This document shows, piece by piece, positions 35,624-45,089 of a DNA stretch of 55,597 nt (position 1 is the stretch's first letter; every line of letters begins with the position of its first letter). The notes under the pieces are model-generated. The model was not told where the DNA came from and did not search any database. It saw nothing but the letters and a program-made list of their open reading frames with translations. The translations under genes and the position numbers were made by a program. Source of the DNA: Candidatus Tayloriibacteriota bacterium (lineage in GTDB: Bacteria > Patescibacteriota > Minisyncoccia > Phycocordibacterales > PALSA-1337); the NCBI GenBank assembly GCA_028286665.1, contig JAQBRD010000003.1, positions 1 to 55,597 on the forward strand, written 5' to 3'.

Positions 35624-37510
35624 ATGCACACCAAACAACTCGACCATATGATCGAGCAGCTTTCGACGCACCTCGACTCCATGCATTCCAAAGACAAGCT
35701 GCTGCAAAGCAGAAACATATTCATCCCTGCGCTTATTCTGCTTGCGCTTCATTCAGGAAAAGAACATAGGCGAATCCAGAATATCTGCGACACGCTCATC
35801 GCTCATATTCTTGAAAATAAAAATGATGCCTGGACATGGAATTACTGGCCGAGATCGACAGGAAAGAAAACCTCAGCATCAGAACGGCCATCCTACCCCG
35901 ACGACATGGATGACACGAGCTGCGCGATCGCAGCTATCGCGCTCTGGCGGCCTGAAATGCTCTCAGGAGAAGCATTTGCGAATATAACGAAAGCTCTCAT
36001 CGCCTGCGAAACGCAGCCTGGCGGCCCTTATTTCACCTGGATAGGCGGCATGAGAGCCTCGCAGACTCCTGACATAGGCGTGAATGCGAACATCTCTTTC
36101 ATGCTTTCCCTCATAGGAGTATCGATGCCCGAACTCACAGAGTCAATCGATCATGAATTGCGCTTGGAGCAGCCCGCATCACAATTCTATTCGAACAGAA
36201 TGATGATCTTGTATTTCATTTCGCGCAATTATTCGGGAAAGGAGAAATCCCGGCTGATAGAAAAAATATGCACTGAAGGCAAGTCCAATCTCATGGATGC
36301 AGCTCTCGCAGCGAGCTCGCTCATCCGGCTTGATGCTCCTGATGGAATCATTTCTGAACACATCGCCAAGCTCGGCTCGTTCACGGTGTCGATCGGAAAA
36401 AGTGAGGCTCACCCGATGTATATCGAAAAGATCGCAAACGGAATCATCCAATATGCGACATCTGAAGCCTTCACCGCTGCAGCTGCCTTGGAGGCGTTGC
36501 TTCTCTGCAGATTGCGCCTCCAGGAGAAAACTGAGAAAGGACGCCGCGACATCGAAGCGGCAGCCGAGAATCAGATCCAATTGGCAATCATCGAAAAACT
36601 GCATTCTGAGACAAAGAGCCTCTCTTCCGAAATGAAAGCAGCATTCGACGCGCATCTTGAAAAATTCAGATCAGCAAGCCACTGGAACGAGATCGCGCTC
36701 CTGCCCTATTCGCTCGTTCGCAATTTTCCAGATGCAGATGCTGTCGCGGCAGTTGTCGGAGCTGTCGGCGTCCTTGGCTGGATCGCATACACCATCGACG
36801 ACATGAGCATGGATGAACCGATGTCCGGTCATGGGAAAGAAATTCCTCTCTCGCGTTTCATCCATAGGAAGATCGAGCATCTGATCAGGGCGGAATTGCT
36901 GCCAGCGGCAGCAGAAGGCACTCGATCAAGAATAGAAAGATACATCGGCAAAGTCTTCATCGATCTCGACAATGCGCATCATGCCGAAATCCTCGGCAAA
37001 AAAGTATCAATGACCGAAAAGTCATTCGGGCACGCGCTCCCGGTCATGCTCATCGCGCATGTATTCTCAAAAAATATCCGAAACGGGGATGCCGAGCAGA
37101 GCGTCTGCGAAAATCTGCTGAAGATGCTGGAGATGAGCTGCTCGCACTACATACTCGCCCGGCAGCTGTCAGACGACGCGCACGATTGGCAGGAAGACAT
37201 GAATTCAGGCCGGCTTACCGACGTAACTGAAATGATGCAGAGAGCCGCGAACGCTCCTATGACTGCATTCGCGCCGGAAAATGCAGAGAAGAGCATGCGT
37301 GACATATTCTGGAATGAATGCGCTCTTCGGATAGCTGACAGGATCCTCGAGCACGCCATGAATGCGAAACAGCTCGCCGAGAAATGCAGTATTCTCGACG
37401 AGCGTTTCGATATGAGTTTCCTGATCCGATGCATCTCGCGATATGAGGCTATCGGGAGATCGATGACTGAAGATATTCGGAAGACGAAGGAATTCCTTGC
37501 TGCGTACTGA
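35624..37510 (+). CDS. Fused class II terpene-cyclase-like + class I isoprenoid synthase/prenyltransferase-like protein
   Basis: N-terminal WTWNYW, YPDDMDDT (DxDD) and D..VNAN; C-terminal YTIDDMSMD, EKS and QLSDDAHDWQED...GRLT. Confidence 0.65.
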   Translation: MHTKQLDHMIEQLSTHLDSMHSKDKLLQSRNIFIPALILLALHSGKEHRRIQNICDTLIAHILENKNDAWTWNYWPRSTGKKTSASERPSYPDDMDDTSCAIAAIALWRPEMLSGEAFANITKALIACETQPGGPYFTWIGGMRASQTPDIGVNANISFMLSLIGVSMPELTESIDHELRLEQPASQFYSNRMMILYFISRNYSGKEKSRLIEKICTEGKSNLMDAALAASSLIRLDAPDGIISEHIAKLGSFTVSIGKSEAHPMYIEKIANGIIQYATSEAFTAAAALEALLLCRLRLQEKTEKGRRDIEAAAENQIQLAIIEKLHSETKSLSSEMKAAFDAHLEKFRSASHWNEIALLPYSLVRNFPDADAVAAVVGAVGVLGWIAYTIDDMSMDEPMSGHGKEIPLSRFIHRKIEHLIRAELLPAAAEGTRSRIERYIGKVFIDLDNAHHAEILGKKVSMTEKSFGHALPVMLIAHVFSKNIRNGDAEQSVCENLLKMLEMSCSHYILARQLSDDAHDWQEDMNSGRLTDVTEMMQRAANAPMTAFAPENAEKSMRDIFWNECALRIADRILEHAMNAKQLAEKCSILDERFDMSFLIRCISRYEAIGRSMTEDIRKTKEFLAAY

Positions 37511-37524
37511 CCGAGTGGCGATTA

Positions 37525-38004
37525 CTAAGCCTTCTCAGCAACGACTTCGCATGAAGCGTCCGCGCAAGTTCCCTCTTTGCATGTCCTGCATGATCCCTTG
37601 AGAACCGAGTACCGTCCACGGCCGATGAGCGCGAGTCCGACGAGCATGAAGAAAAATATGAGATCGAATTCGAATGCATTGAAGCCTTTCGACCACTTCA
37701 TATTGAAGATGATGACGAGCATCTCGATTGCAAGTGCGATCGCTGCAGGACCCTGGAATACGCCGAGGAGTATCGCGAGGCCGCCGACAGTTTCGACGAT
37801 AGCCGTGAGCCATGCGAGGAATGAACCGTAGCCGATCGATGCGAAGAACGCAACGGTGCCGTGCATATCAGCGAGCTTGAGATAGCCGTGATGGATGAAG
37901 AGCGCGCCGAGGCCGACCCTGAGGATGAGTATGCCGACGTCTCGATTAAGATACTGCGAAGGACACCATTTGCCGCACGATTCCGAACATGTATGCTTGA
38001 ACAT
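37525..38004 (-). CDS. DoxX family membrane protein
   Basis: LILRVGLGALFIHHGYLKL, ETVGGLAILLG and GRGRYS motifs. Confidence 0.9.
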   Translation of the reverse strand: MFKHTCSESCGKWCPSQYLNRDVGILILRVGLGALFIHHGYLKLADMHGTVAFFASIGYGSFLAWLTAIVETVGGLAILLGVFQGPAAIALAIEMLVIIFNMKWSKGFNAFEFDLIFFFMLVGLALIGRGRYSVLKGSCRTCKEGTCADASCEVVAEKA

Positions 38005-38054
38005 CTGTATATATAAATTATTGGTAAGCCGGCTCATTGTAGCATGAAAGCAAA

Positions 38055-38083
38055 AATCCCCGCTTTCTTGCGAAAGCGGGGAT
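38055..38083. terminator. Hairpin terminator
   Basis: ATCCCCGCTTTC-TTGC-GAAAGCGGGGAT preceded by AAAA. Confidence 0.65.
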
Positions 38084-38109
38084 CACTCCATACTGACAGA
38101 ACTTGTAAC

Positions 38110-39234
38110 TTACGCTGCCGACCGAATTTCGTCGAGCGAAACGCCGAGCATCGATGCGACCTGGCCGTGATCGAGTTCGGTTTTGACGAAATCATCAAAG
38201 ACAGCATTGCTCTTCGTTGCCGGAACAATTTCAGGCAACGGCTCGGCATTGATGAGCGCGCGGATGAACGGAGCGCCTTCCCGCAGTCCCTGTTCGGGAC
38301 CTTTGATAGCGCACTCCCATTCCAGAACGCGAGGGATTCCGATCAATCCTTTTTCCTCGAGTGCTTCCTCGATGTCAGCGAACTGCACCTGACCGTCGCC
38401 GAGGCTGCGAAAGCGCGTATTGCGCTTGCCCCACGGCTGGAAAGCTCCGTAGAAGCCCTGATTGGCGGTACTTGCCGTTTCAGCATCTTTGACGTGATAC
38501 GCCTTGATTCGATCTGCCCATGTTTCGATGAAGCCGACGTAATCGAGGTTCATCAGGACGAAGTGCGATGGATCGAAGTTGATGCCGGCAGCCTCGTGAC
38601 CACCGACAGTTTCAAGGAAACGAGCGAACGTATCGCCATCATGCACATCTTCGCCAGGATGCAGTTCGAAGGCGATTGATTGATCAGCGTCCGATGCAGC
38701 ATCGAAGACCGGCTCCCAGCGTTTGCCGAGGATCTTGAAGGCGGTACCCACAAATTCCTGCGACAACTGCGGCCATGGATAGATGTACGGCCAGAGGAAC
38801 GACCCCGTAAAGGATGGGATGGCGTTCAAGCCGAGATTCTTGCTCGCTTTGACCGCGAGCAGCATCTGCTCCTCTGCCCACTTGTAGAGGGCTTTCGGAT
38901 CATTCGTCGTCTGCAATTCCGGCGGACCGAACTTGCGGAACAGCTGGAGGTACGCGGGATGCACGGCCATGAGCTGGCCTTGCAGATGAGTAGCGATTTC
39001 AGTCACCCCATCTTTCAGTCCCCACTCCATGATCTTGCCGACAAGATGATCGCAATAGTCCTTCGATTCCGCTGCGCACCCCAGATTGAATAGCTTGGAA
39101 TCCCAAGACGGGATCTGAATGCAGGTGTAGCCGTTTGCGGCTGCGGTCTTGCATGAGTTCTCAAGATTTTCGAATCCAGGACGTCCAGAGAATTGGGCCA
39201 GGAAAAGACCTGGACCCTTTGGTTTGGTTTGCAT
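38110..39234 (-). CDS. Sugar phosphate isomerase/epimerase (xylose isomerase-like TIM barrel)
   Basis: GPGLFLAQF, FELHPGED, NFDPSH, YHVKDAE, FRSLGDGQV and VLEWEC motifs. Confidence 0.9.
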   Translation of the reverse strand: MQTKPKGPGLFLAQFSGRPGFENLENSCKTAAANGYTCIQIPSWDSKLFNLGCAAESKDYCDHLVGKIMEWGLKDGVTEIATHLQGQLMAVHPAYLQLFRKFGPPELQTTNDPKALYKWAEEQMLLAVKASKNLGLNAIPSFTGSFLWPYIYPWPQLSQEFVGTAFKILGKRWEPVFDAASDADQSIAFELHPGEDVHDGDTFARFLETVGGHEAAGINFDPSHFVLMNLDYVGFIETWADRIKAYHVKDAETASTANQGFYGAFQPWGKRNTRFRSLGDGQVQFADIEEALEEKGLIGIPRVLEWECAIKGPEQGLREGAPFIRALINAEPLPEIVPATKSNAVFDDFVKTELDHGQVASMLGVSLDEIRSAA

Positions 39235-39518
39235 AATGTAGTATCCGATCGGAAGCCTTCGTTTTTGATGTTTGAAGGCGGTTTTCAGTTGTAACGGACT
39301 ATTCAGGAGCGACCCGAACAGAGCCAAGAACTTCCTAGCTCATGTGAAATTACCTTAGAAAACAAGATAAGTCAAATGAATTTCTCCTGCATGGACGATT
39401 GCAACCAAGCCGTACAACTTGCCTTTTCACCCTGGATTCGTAGTATTAGCGCAGGACATCTCCCTGTGTGGGGTTTTGTGTGTCCTTTGTCAGCAAACAT
39501 TCAGATATCGACTACGTT

Positions 39519-40502
39519 ATGGCCAAAATACCCGCAAGAATACTTGGGCTAGAAAAGCCCCTTCCCGGCCTCGAACTCATCGGCCGCGGAAAAGTCCGAA
39601 ACTCCTACAAGATTCCCGGACACGACGACAAGATGCTCGTCGACGTAACCAACAACATCAGCATCTTCGACTTCGTGCTCAATGCGCAAGTCGAAGGAAA
39701 GGGAGGGATTCTCACTGCGATCAATCACTTCTTGGTGACCCAAGTGATCAAGGACGCATGCGAGAGCGACTTCATCGCAGCAGGCGCAGCGATCGACGAA
39801 TACCTGCCGGCAGAGCTGCGCGGAAATTCAGAACTCCAGCGCCGAGCGACAGTAGTAAAACGCGTCAATCCGCCCGACGTCGAAGACATCGTCCGATTCA
39901 TACTCACCGGCACCGGCTGGGAAAGCTATCAAAAGGATGGAACGGTCTGCGGACACACGCTGCCTGCAGGACTCACTGACGGCAGCATGCTTCCCTATCC
40001 GATCTATACGCCCTCAACAAAAGCAGAGATCGGGCACGATGTTCATTTGACGGCGGACTCAATCGCAGAAAGATATGGCACCGAGCGCGAGCAGCTTGCG
40101 CTTAAAATCGCCAGAGCAATCCATAAGCACGCGATGAAACGCGGCATACTCATGGGCGATACGAAATTCGAATTCAGCTTCACTAATGGGCGGCTATGTC
40201 TCGTCGATGAACGAGGAACGCCGGACTCGAGCCGTTACTTCGACTTCGAGGCCTATTTGGAAGCCCGCAAGGAAGGCAAGTTGCCGCCGTCGCTCGACAA
40301 GCAATTCGTGCGGAATTACGGAATCGAAATCGGGATCAAGAAACGGAATCCCAAAGTCAACGAAGATGTCGCCTGGGTGCACGAACAAGTGATACCGAAC
40401 GAGATCCTCGACAAGACCTCAGAAATCTACAGGAACATCTTCTGGCGGCTAACAGGCCATTCAATCAGCGATTATCAGAAGAATCAGATGGGCATCGCAT
40501 AG
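39519..40502 (+). CDS. purC: Phosphoribosylaminoimidazole-succinocarboxamide (SAICAR) synthase
   Basis: RGKVR, ISIFD, GKG.IL, TPSTKAEIGHD, DTKFEF, DE.GTPDSSR and SLDKQFVR motifs. Confidence 0.93.
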   Translation: MAKIPARILGLEKPLPGLELIGRGKVRNSYKIPGHDDKMLVDVTNNISIFDFVLNAQVEGKGGILTAINHFLVTQVIKDACESDFIAAGAAIDEYLPAELRGNSELQRRATVVKRVNPPDVEDIVRFILTGTGWESYQKDGTVCGHTLPAGLTDGSMLPYPIYTPSTKAEIGHDVHLTADSIAERYGTEREQLALKIARAIHKHAMKRGILMGDTKFEFSFTNGRLCLVDERGTPDSSRYFDFEAYLEARKEGKLPPSLDKQFVRNYGIEIGIKKRNPKVNEDVAWVHEQVIPNEILDKTSEIYRNIFWRLTGHSISDYQKNQMGIA

Positions 40503-40521
40503 CGATTGCCCGCTTCACAAG

Positions 40522-40555
40522 AGGCCGCGACACTGGTTGTCGTGGCCGCTTTTTT
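40522..40555 (+). terminator. Intrinsic terminator after purC
   Basis: GGCCGCGACA-CTGGT-TGTCGTGGCC-GCTTTTTT. Confidence 0.7.
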
Positions 40556-40667
40556 ATTCAGAAGAATAGCGAGGGCAAACAACTTCTATCTCTGAACAAC
40601 AGAGATCACGACTGCCGTTTGCGAAAGCAAACGGCAGTTTTTATGATGTGATATAATTTAGCATTCC

Positions 40668-43600
40668 ATGAAACGATACCTGATACTCTTCGCATTTGTC
40701 CTGTTCTCCGTCGCATACGCGCCATCCTCCAATGCTGAATTCTTCGCGAACAGCATCCCCCTCCCAGGAACGATCACCGTCAATAGCAACGGCGTGAACG
40801 CGATCGCAGTCGGGACCTCGACGATATATATCGGCGGGTCTTTCACCTATGCCGGTCCTTATTCAGGAAATTTCGTTTCAATATCGCCATCGACTGGAAC
40901 AGCTACGACGAGCTCATATGACAAAGTCCACGGCATCGTCAATGCGAGCATCCCGGACGGTCGAGGCGGGTGGTATGTAATCGGCGGATTCATAAAGGTC
41001 GCCTCATCATCCCGCAACGATCTCGCGCATATACTCCCGGACGGAACCGTGGATCCGAACTTCAATCCGAGCCTCGACAGCGAGAGCAACGCCCTCGCTC
41101 TCTCTTCGGATGGCTCCATACTCTATATCGGAGGATTTTTCAGCACAGTCGGCAGCACGACGAGGAATAGGCTTGCAGCCGTAAATACGTCCGATGGTTC
41201 AGTCGTAGCATCCTTCAATCCGAATATGAGCGGCGGAGTCACCGCACTTGCTCTCTCATCGGATAATTCGATACTGTATGCCGGCGGTTTCTTCACGACA
41301 GTCGGCGGCGTGACGTACAACAGGCTGGCAGCAATCAATACTGCAGATGGCACGGCGATCTCTGCTTTCAATCCGAATCTCAACAGTACCGTGAGCGCGC
41401 TTGCGCTTTCGTCCGACGGATCGAAGCTCTATGCGGGAGGATCGTTCACCACGGTCGGCGTAACGACGCGCAATCGGCTTGCAGGAATCACGACCTCGAA
41501 TGGCGCGCTCATCTCGGGCTTCAACCCGAACATGGGCAGCACTGTCAACGCTCTCGCGCTTTCATCTGACAATACGAAGATATATGCCGGCGGTTCCTTC
41601 ACGACAGTCGGCGGCGCGACGTACAACAGGCTGGCGGCAATCAATACTGCAGATGGCACGGCGATCTCTGCTTTCAATCCGAACATGGACGGCACGGTAA
41701 CAGCCCTGAAACTTTCGTCTGACGATTCGAAGGTGTTTGCTGGAGGATCCTTCGCCAATATGGGTTCTGCTACATCAAGCGGCCTCGCTGCGATACAGAC
41801 GTCCGATGGCACCGCAGTTTCCGGCTTCAGTCCAAACGTAGTAGGAAATATCATGACGATCTCCATGTCTGCGGACGGGTCTGCGATGGGCATCGGCGGA
41901 ACATACGTCTCCGTAGGCGGCAGCGTCCGCAACAGGCTGGCGGCAGTCGATATAACCGGCAGCACCCTTTCTTCTTTCAATCCGAATCTCAACAATACCG
42001 TCAACGCGCTTGCACTTTCATCCGACGGATCGAAACTCTATGTAGGAGGAACATTCACAGCGGTCGGCGGCACGACGCGCAATCGGCTTGCAGGAATCAC
42101 GACTTCCGACGGCGCAGTCATCTCAGGCTTCAATCCGAACGTAGGCAATACCGTCAATACCCTCAAGCTTTCTTCAGACGATGCGAAGATATACGCAGGA
42201 GGATTATTCACGACGGTCGGCGTAACGACGCGCAATCGGCTTGCAGGAATCACGACCTCGAATGGCGCGCTCATCTCGGGCTTCAACCCGAACATGAACA
42301 ACACAGTCAACTCTCTTGCGCTGTCATCCGACGATGCGATGATCTATGCGGGAGGAACATTTAGTACGGTGGGCGGCGTGACGTACAACAGGCTGGCGGG
42401 AATAAACGCATCGAACGGTACCGCAAGCTCGACATTCAACCCAAATATGGGCAACACAGTCAATAGCATCGCCCTCTCTTCTGACAATACAAAACTCTAT
42501 GTAGGAGGAACATTCACCACGGTCGGCGGCGTGACGTACAACAGGCTGGCGGGAATCAATACGGCGACTGGGGCTGCGATTTCGACTTTCAATCCGAACC
42601 TGAATGTCAACGTCAACGGAATTGCCCTCTCCCCCGATGGTTCGAAACTCTATGCAGGAGGACTGTTCACGACTGTCGGCGGCGCGACATACAATCGGCT
42701 TGCAGGAATTACGACTTCCAACGGCGCAGTCATCTCAACATTCAATCCCAGCATGGAAAGCACGGTGAACACCCTCACGATTTCTTCTGACGGAAAAAAG
42801 CTCTATGCCGGGGGATTATTCGCCTACTCGGATCTCAATAGTGCAGCGAGGAATTTCGCCATATTCTCGGGAGGAGGAGTGACGGTGAGCACGACGACTG
42901 CAGCCGCGACGGAAGGAGCGGCCGGAGACAGCTATACCGTCGTCCTTGATGCAGAACCGACGGCGAATGTGACCGTCACGATAACGCCTGATCCGAGCAA
43001 TCTCTCGACATCGCCTTCAAGCCTCGCCTTTACGGCTTCGAATTGGAATATCCCTCAAACAGTGATAATTACTGCCATTTCGAATAACAGCATCGAAGGC
43101 ACGCACACTGCTTCGATCAGCCATTCTATTTCAAGTTCCGATTCCTCATACAGCGGAATTTCGGTCACCCCCATCACAATAACGATCACGGACAGCACGC
43201 CGCACAATCCGACAGTCACCGCGAGCGCTGCGGCCTCGACTACAGAATCAGGAACAACGCTCTCAGGCGCGATAACAGCCGACGGCGTCGCATCATCTAC
43301 CGAACGAGGCTTCGTATACGGCAAAACCACCTCGTATGGCGCGACAAGCACGCAAAGCGGGATATTCGGCATCGGTTCGTTCACCGCCGATATCGCAGGG
43401 CTCAGCAGCGGCAGCCTCTATCATTTTCAGGCATATGCGACAAACGCTTCCGGAACGGCATACAGCAGCGACCTCACCCTCACGACAGTACCTGCTGCAA
43501 ATCAGCCCCAGGCTTACAAGACATCGTCTGCGCGCAGAGCCGCCAATCAGGAAGCTTCGGTCAGCACGAAAATCCTCATCGTAACCCAGACTCCGCCTGC

Positions 43601-43907
43601 ACCGAATGAAACCGCATCGAGCCCTGCCGGACAAGATATTGCTTCGCCAAAAACCCCCTCCGCTCAAGCATTCGCGAGGCCGCTCGCATATGGCAAGACT
43701 GGCAGCGACGTGAAGCAACTGCAGCAGTATCTCAATGCCAAAGGCTACGCACTGGCAGCATCAGGTCCTGGATCTGTCGGAAATGAGACGAACTTCTTCG
43801 GCCCGCGCACGCAGGCAGCGCTCCTGAAATTCCAGAAGGCAAACGGGATTTCCGCAACCGGATATTTCGGCCCGGTCACCAAGGCATTCGTCGGGAATTC
43901 GCGCTAA
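40668..43907 (+). CDS. Large secreted surface protein: beta-propeller repeats, Ig/Fn3-like domains and a C-terminal peptidoglycan-binding domain
   Basis: Signal peptide; ~51-aa repeats (V.ALALSSDG.KLY.GG.FT.VGG.T.NRLA.I....G.....FNPN); C-terminal G.DVKQLQQYLN...FGPRTQAALLKFQ...TGYFGPVT. Confidence 0.9.
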   Translation: MKRYLILFAFVLFSVAYAPSSNAEFFANSIPLPGTITVNSNGVNAIAVGTSTIYIGGSFTYAGPYSGNFVSISPSTGTATTSSYDKVHGIVNASIPDGRGGWYVIGGFIKVASSSRNDLAHILPDGTVDPNFNPSLDSESNALALSSDGSILYIGGFFSTVGSTTRNRLAAVNTSDGSVVASFNPNMSGGVTALALSSDNSILYAGGFFTTVGGVTYNRLAAINTADGTAISAFNPNLNSTVSALALSSDGSKLYAGGSFTTVGVTTRNRLAGITTSNGALISGFNPNMGSTVNALALSSDNTKIYAGGSFTTVGGATYNRLAAINTADGTAISAFNPNMDGTVTALKLSSDDSKVFAGGSFANMGSATSSGLAAIQTSDGTAVSGFSPNVVGNIMTISMSADGSAMGIGGTYVSVGGSVRNRLAAVDITGSTLSSFNPNLNNTVNALALSSDGSKLYVGGTFTAVGGTTRNRLAGITTSDGAVISGFNPNVGNTVNTLKLSSDDAKIYAGGLFTTVGVTTRNRLAGITTSNGALISGFNPNMNNTVNSLALSSDDAMIYAGGTFSTVGGVTYNRLAGINASNGTASSTFNPNMGNTVNSIALSSDNTKLYVGGTFTTVGGVTYNRLAGINTATGAAISTFNPNLNVNVNGIALSPDGSKLYAGGLFTTVGGATYNRLAGITTSNGAVISTFNPSMESTVNTLTISSDGKKLYAGGLFAYSDLNSAARNFAIFSGGGVTVSTTTAAATEGAAGDSYTVVLDAEPTANVTVTITPDPSNLSTSPSSLAFTASNWNIPQTVIITAISNNSIEGTHTASISHSISSSDSSYSGISVTPITITITDSTPHNPTVTASAAASTTESGTTLSGAITADGVASSTERGFVYGKTTSYGATSTQSGIFGIGSFTADIAGLSSGSLYHFQAYATNASGTAYSSDLTLTTVPAANQPQAYKTSSARRAANQEASVSTKILIVTQTPPAPNETASSPAGQDIASPKTPSAQAFARPLAYGKTGSDVKQLQQYLNAKGYALAASGPGSVGNETNFFGPRTQAALLKFQKANGISATGYFGPVTKAFVGNSR
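41050..42830 (+). repeat. Intragenic ~153-bp tandem repeats (about a dozen units)
   Basis: For example an identical 84-bp stretch at 41451-41534 and 42213-42296. Confidence 0.85.
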
Positions 43908-43925
43908 GCCGGAAGCCTCGAAATC

Positions 43926-44876
43926 TTATTCAGGAATCATGAACAGGTCCTGATTGTATTCGCCGACGCCGATGTATTCGGCTTCGCCCCGGAGGATCTT
44001 CTGGAATGGGCGGCATGCGAAGCATTCGGTACCGCTGCCATCTGCGACACGAGGACAGATGAAAGCCTTGTCAGGACCCTCTGCGAGGGCTTTGGCGCGC
44101 GCAGCGGCGACCTGACGGGCTACGACGATGACTCGTTCGAAGGATTCCTCGACTGATGGCAGGTCTGTTTCGACTGGAGCATCATCTCGATCGAGATACC
44201 AATAACTCGCGCCATTCACCTTCCGCTTCTGGAGATTCGCGAGAAGGAGCTGATAGATCGGCAGCTGGAGCGACTCGCCATCTTCCTGATTCTTCCCTGT
44301 CTTGAAATCGAGAATATGCACAGTATCATCCTCAGGCCGATAGATGAGCCAATCGATCTTGCCGCAGAGGATGATATTGTCGGTATCGGTAATATAGAAA
44401 TTCGGCGGCATCTCGTCCTTGCCGCTGCCTTTGCCAGCGAGCTTCACGGTCTTGTGCGCGAGCGGTTCCGGATGCTCGACTACTCGGCGAACCATGGCCT
44501 CTGCGCGAGCGCGAGCTTGCGCTTCCTCTTCGGCAGATCGAAAACCGCCTTTCTTTCCCGAGACTTTCTTCCAAGCGACGTCGAGATCTGCGATGAGCGC
44601 GTCAGTTCCTCGAGCGAAGCGCTCTTCCGTAGGAAATCGCGCGAGGCCTTCGACGACCTCGTGCACAGCGACTCCGAGCGCGAGCGCAGGAGTCGTCACA
44701 TTGATCTTGCGACGGGTCTTCGGGTCCTTGTAGACGTTATGGAGATAATACGCGCGAGGACACTTCAGGAAGTCTCCCATAGACGAATGGGATACCCAGA
44801 CAGCAGTGTATTTATCGCGAACGACTGGAGCGGCAGCCTTTATTGGAGTTTTTTCGATATGTGGCTGATCTTTCAT
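43926..44876 (-). CDS. PD-(D/E)XK nuclease family protein (AddB/Cas4-like, 4 Cys)
   Basis: SHSS...FLKCPRAYY, G..VH, GKID, ILDFKTG, QLPIY and C-terminal CP...C..C motifs. Confidence 0.88.
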   Translation of the reverse strand: MKDQPHIEKTPIKAAAPVVRDKYTAVWVSHSSMGDFLKCPRAYYLHNVYKDPKTRRKINVTTPALALGVAVHEVVEGLARFPTEERFARGTDALIADLDVAWKKVSGKKGGFRSAEEEAQARARAEAMVRRVVEHPEPLAHKTVKLAGKGSGKDEMPPNFYITDTDNIILCGKIDWLIYRPEDDTVHILDFKTGKNQEDGESLQLPIYQLLLANLQKRKVNGASYWYLDRDDAPVETDLPSVEESFERVIVVARQVAAARAKALAEGPDKAFICPRVADGSGTECFACRPFQKILRGEAEYIGVGEYNQDLFMIPE

Positions 44877-44947
44877 CCTGCAATTCTATCACAGCGAAAT
44901 GAAATTCTTATCAAAAAACGCCGCTACCTGCCCTATTTCTAGGGTTA

Positions 44948-44976
44948 TTGACATATTACTATATATAATGTATAAT
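44948..44976 (+). promoter_or_regulatory. Consensus sigma70 promoter
   Basis: TTGACA-17 nt-TATAAT. Confidence 0.7.
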
Positions 44977-45089
44977 ACAGCCAGAATAGCTGCCGAACTA
45001 TTCAGGATTGATGGAAAGTTCGTATCGGTCACCATGCTGATATGAATGGCCACCATGCCCCAAGAATCCTCGTATTAGGCCTTTGAAAA

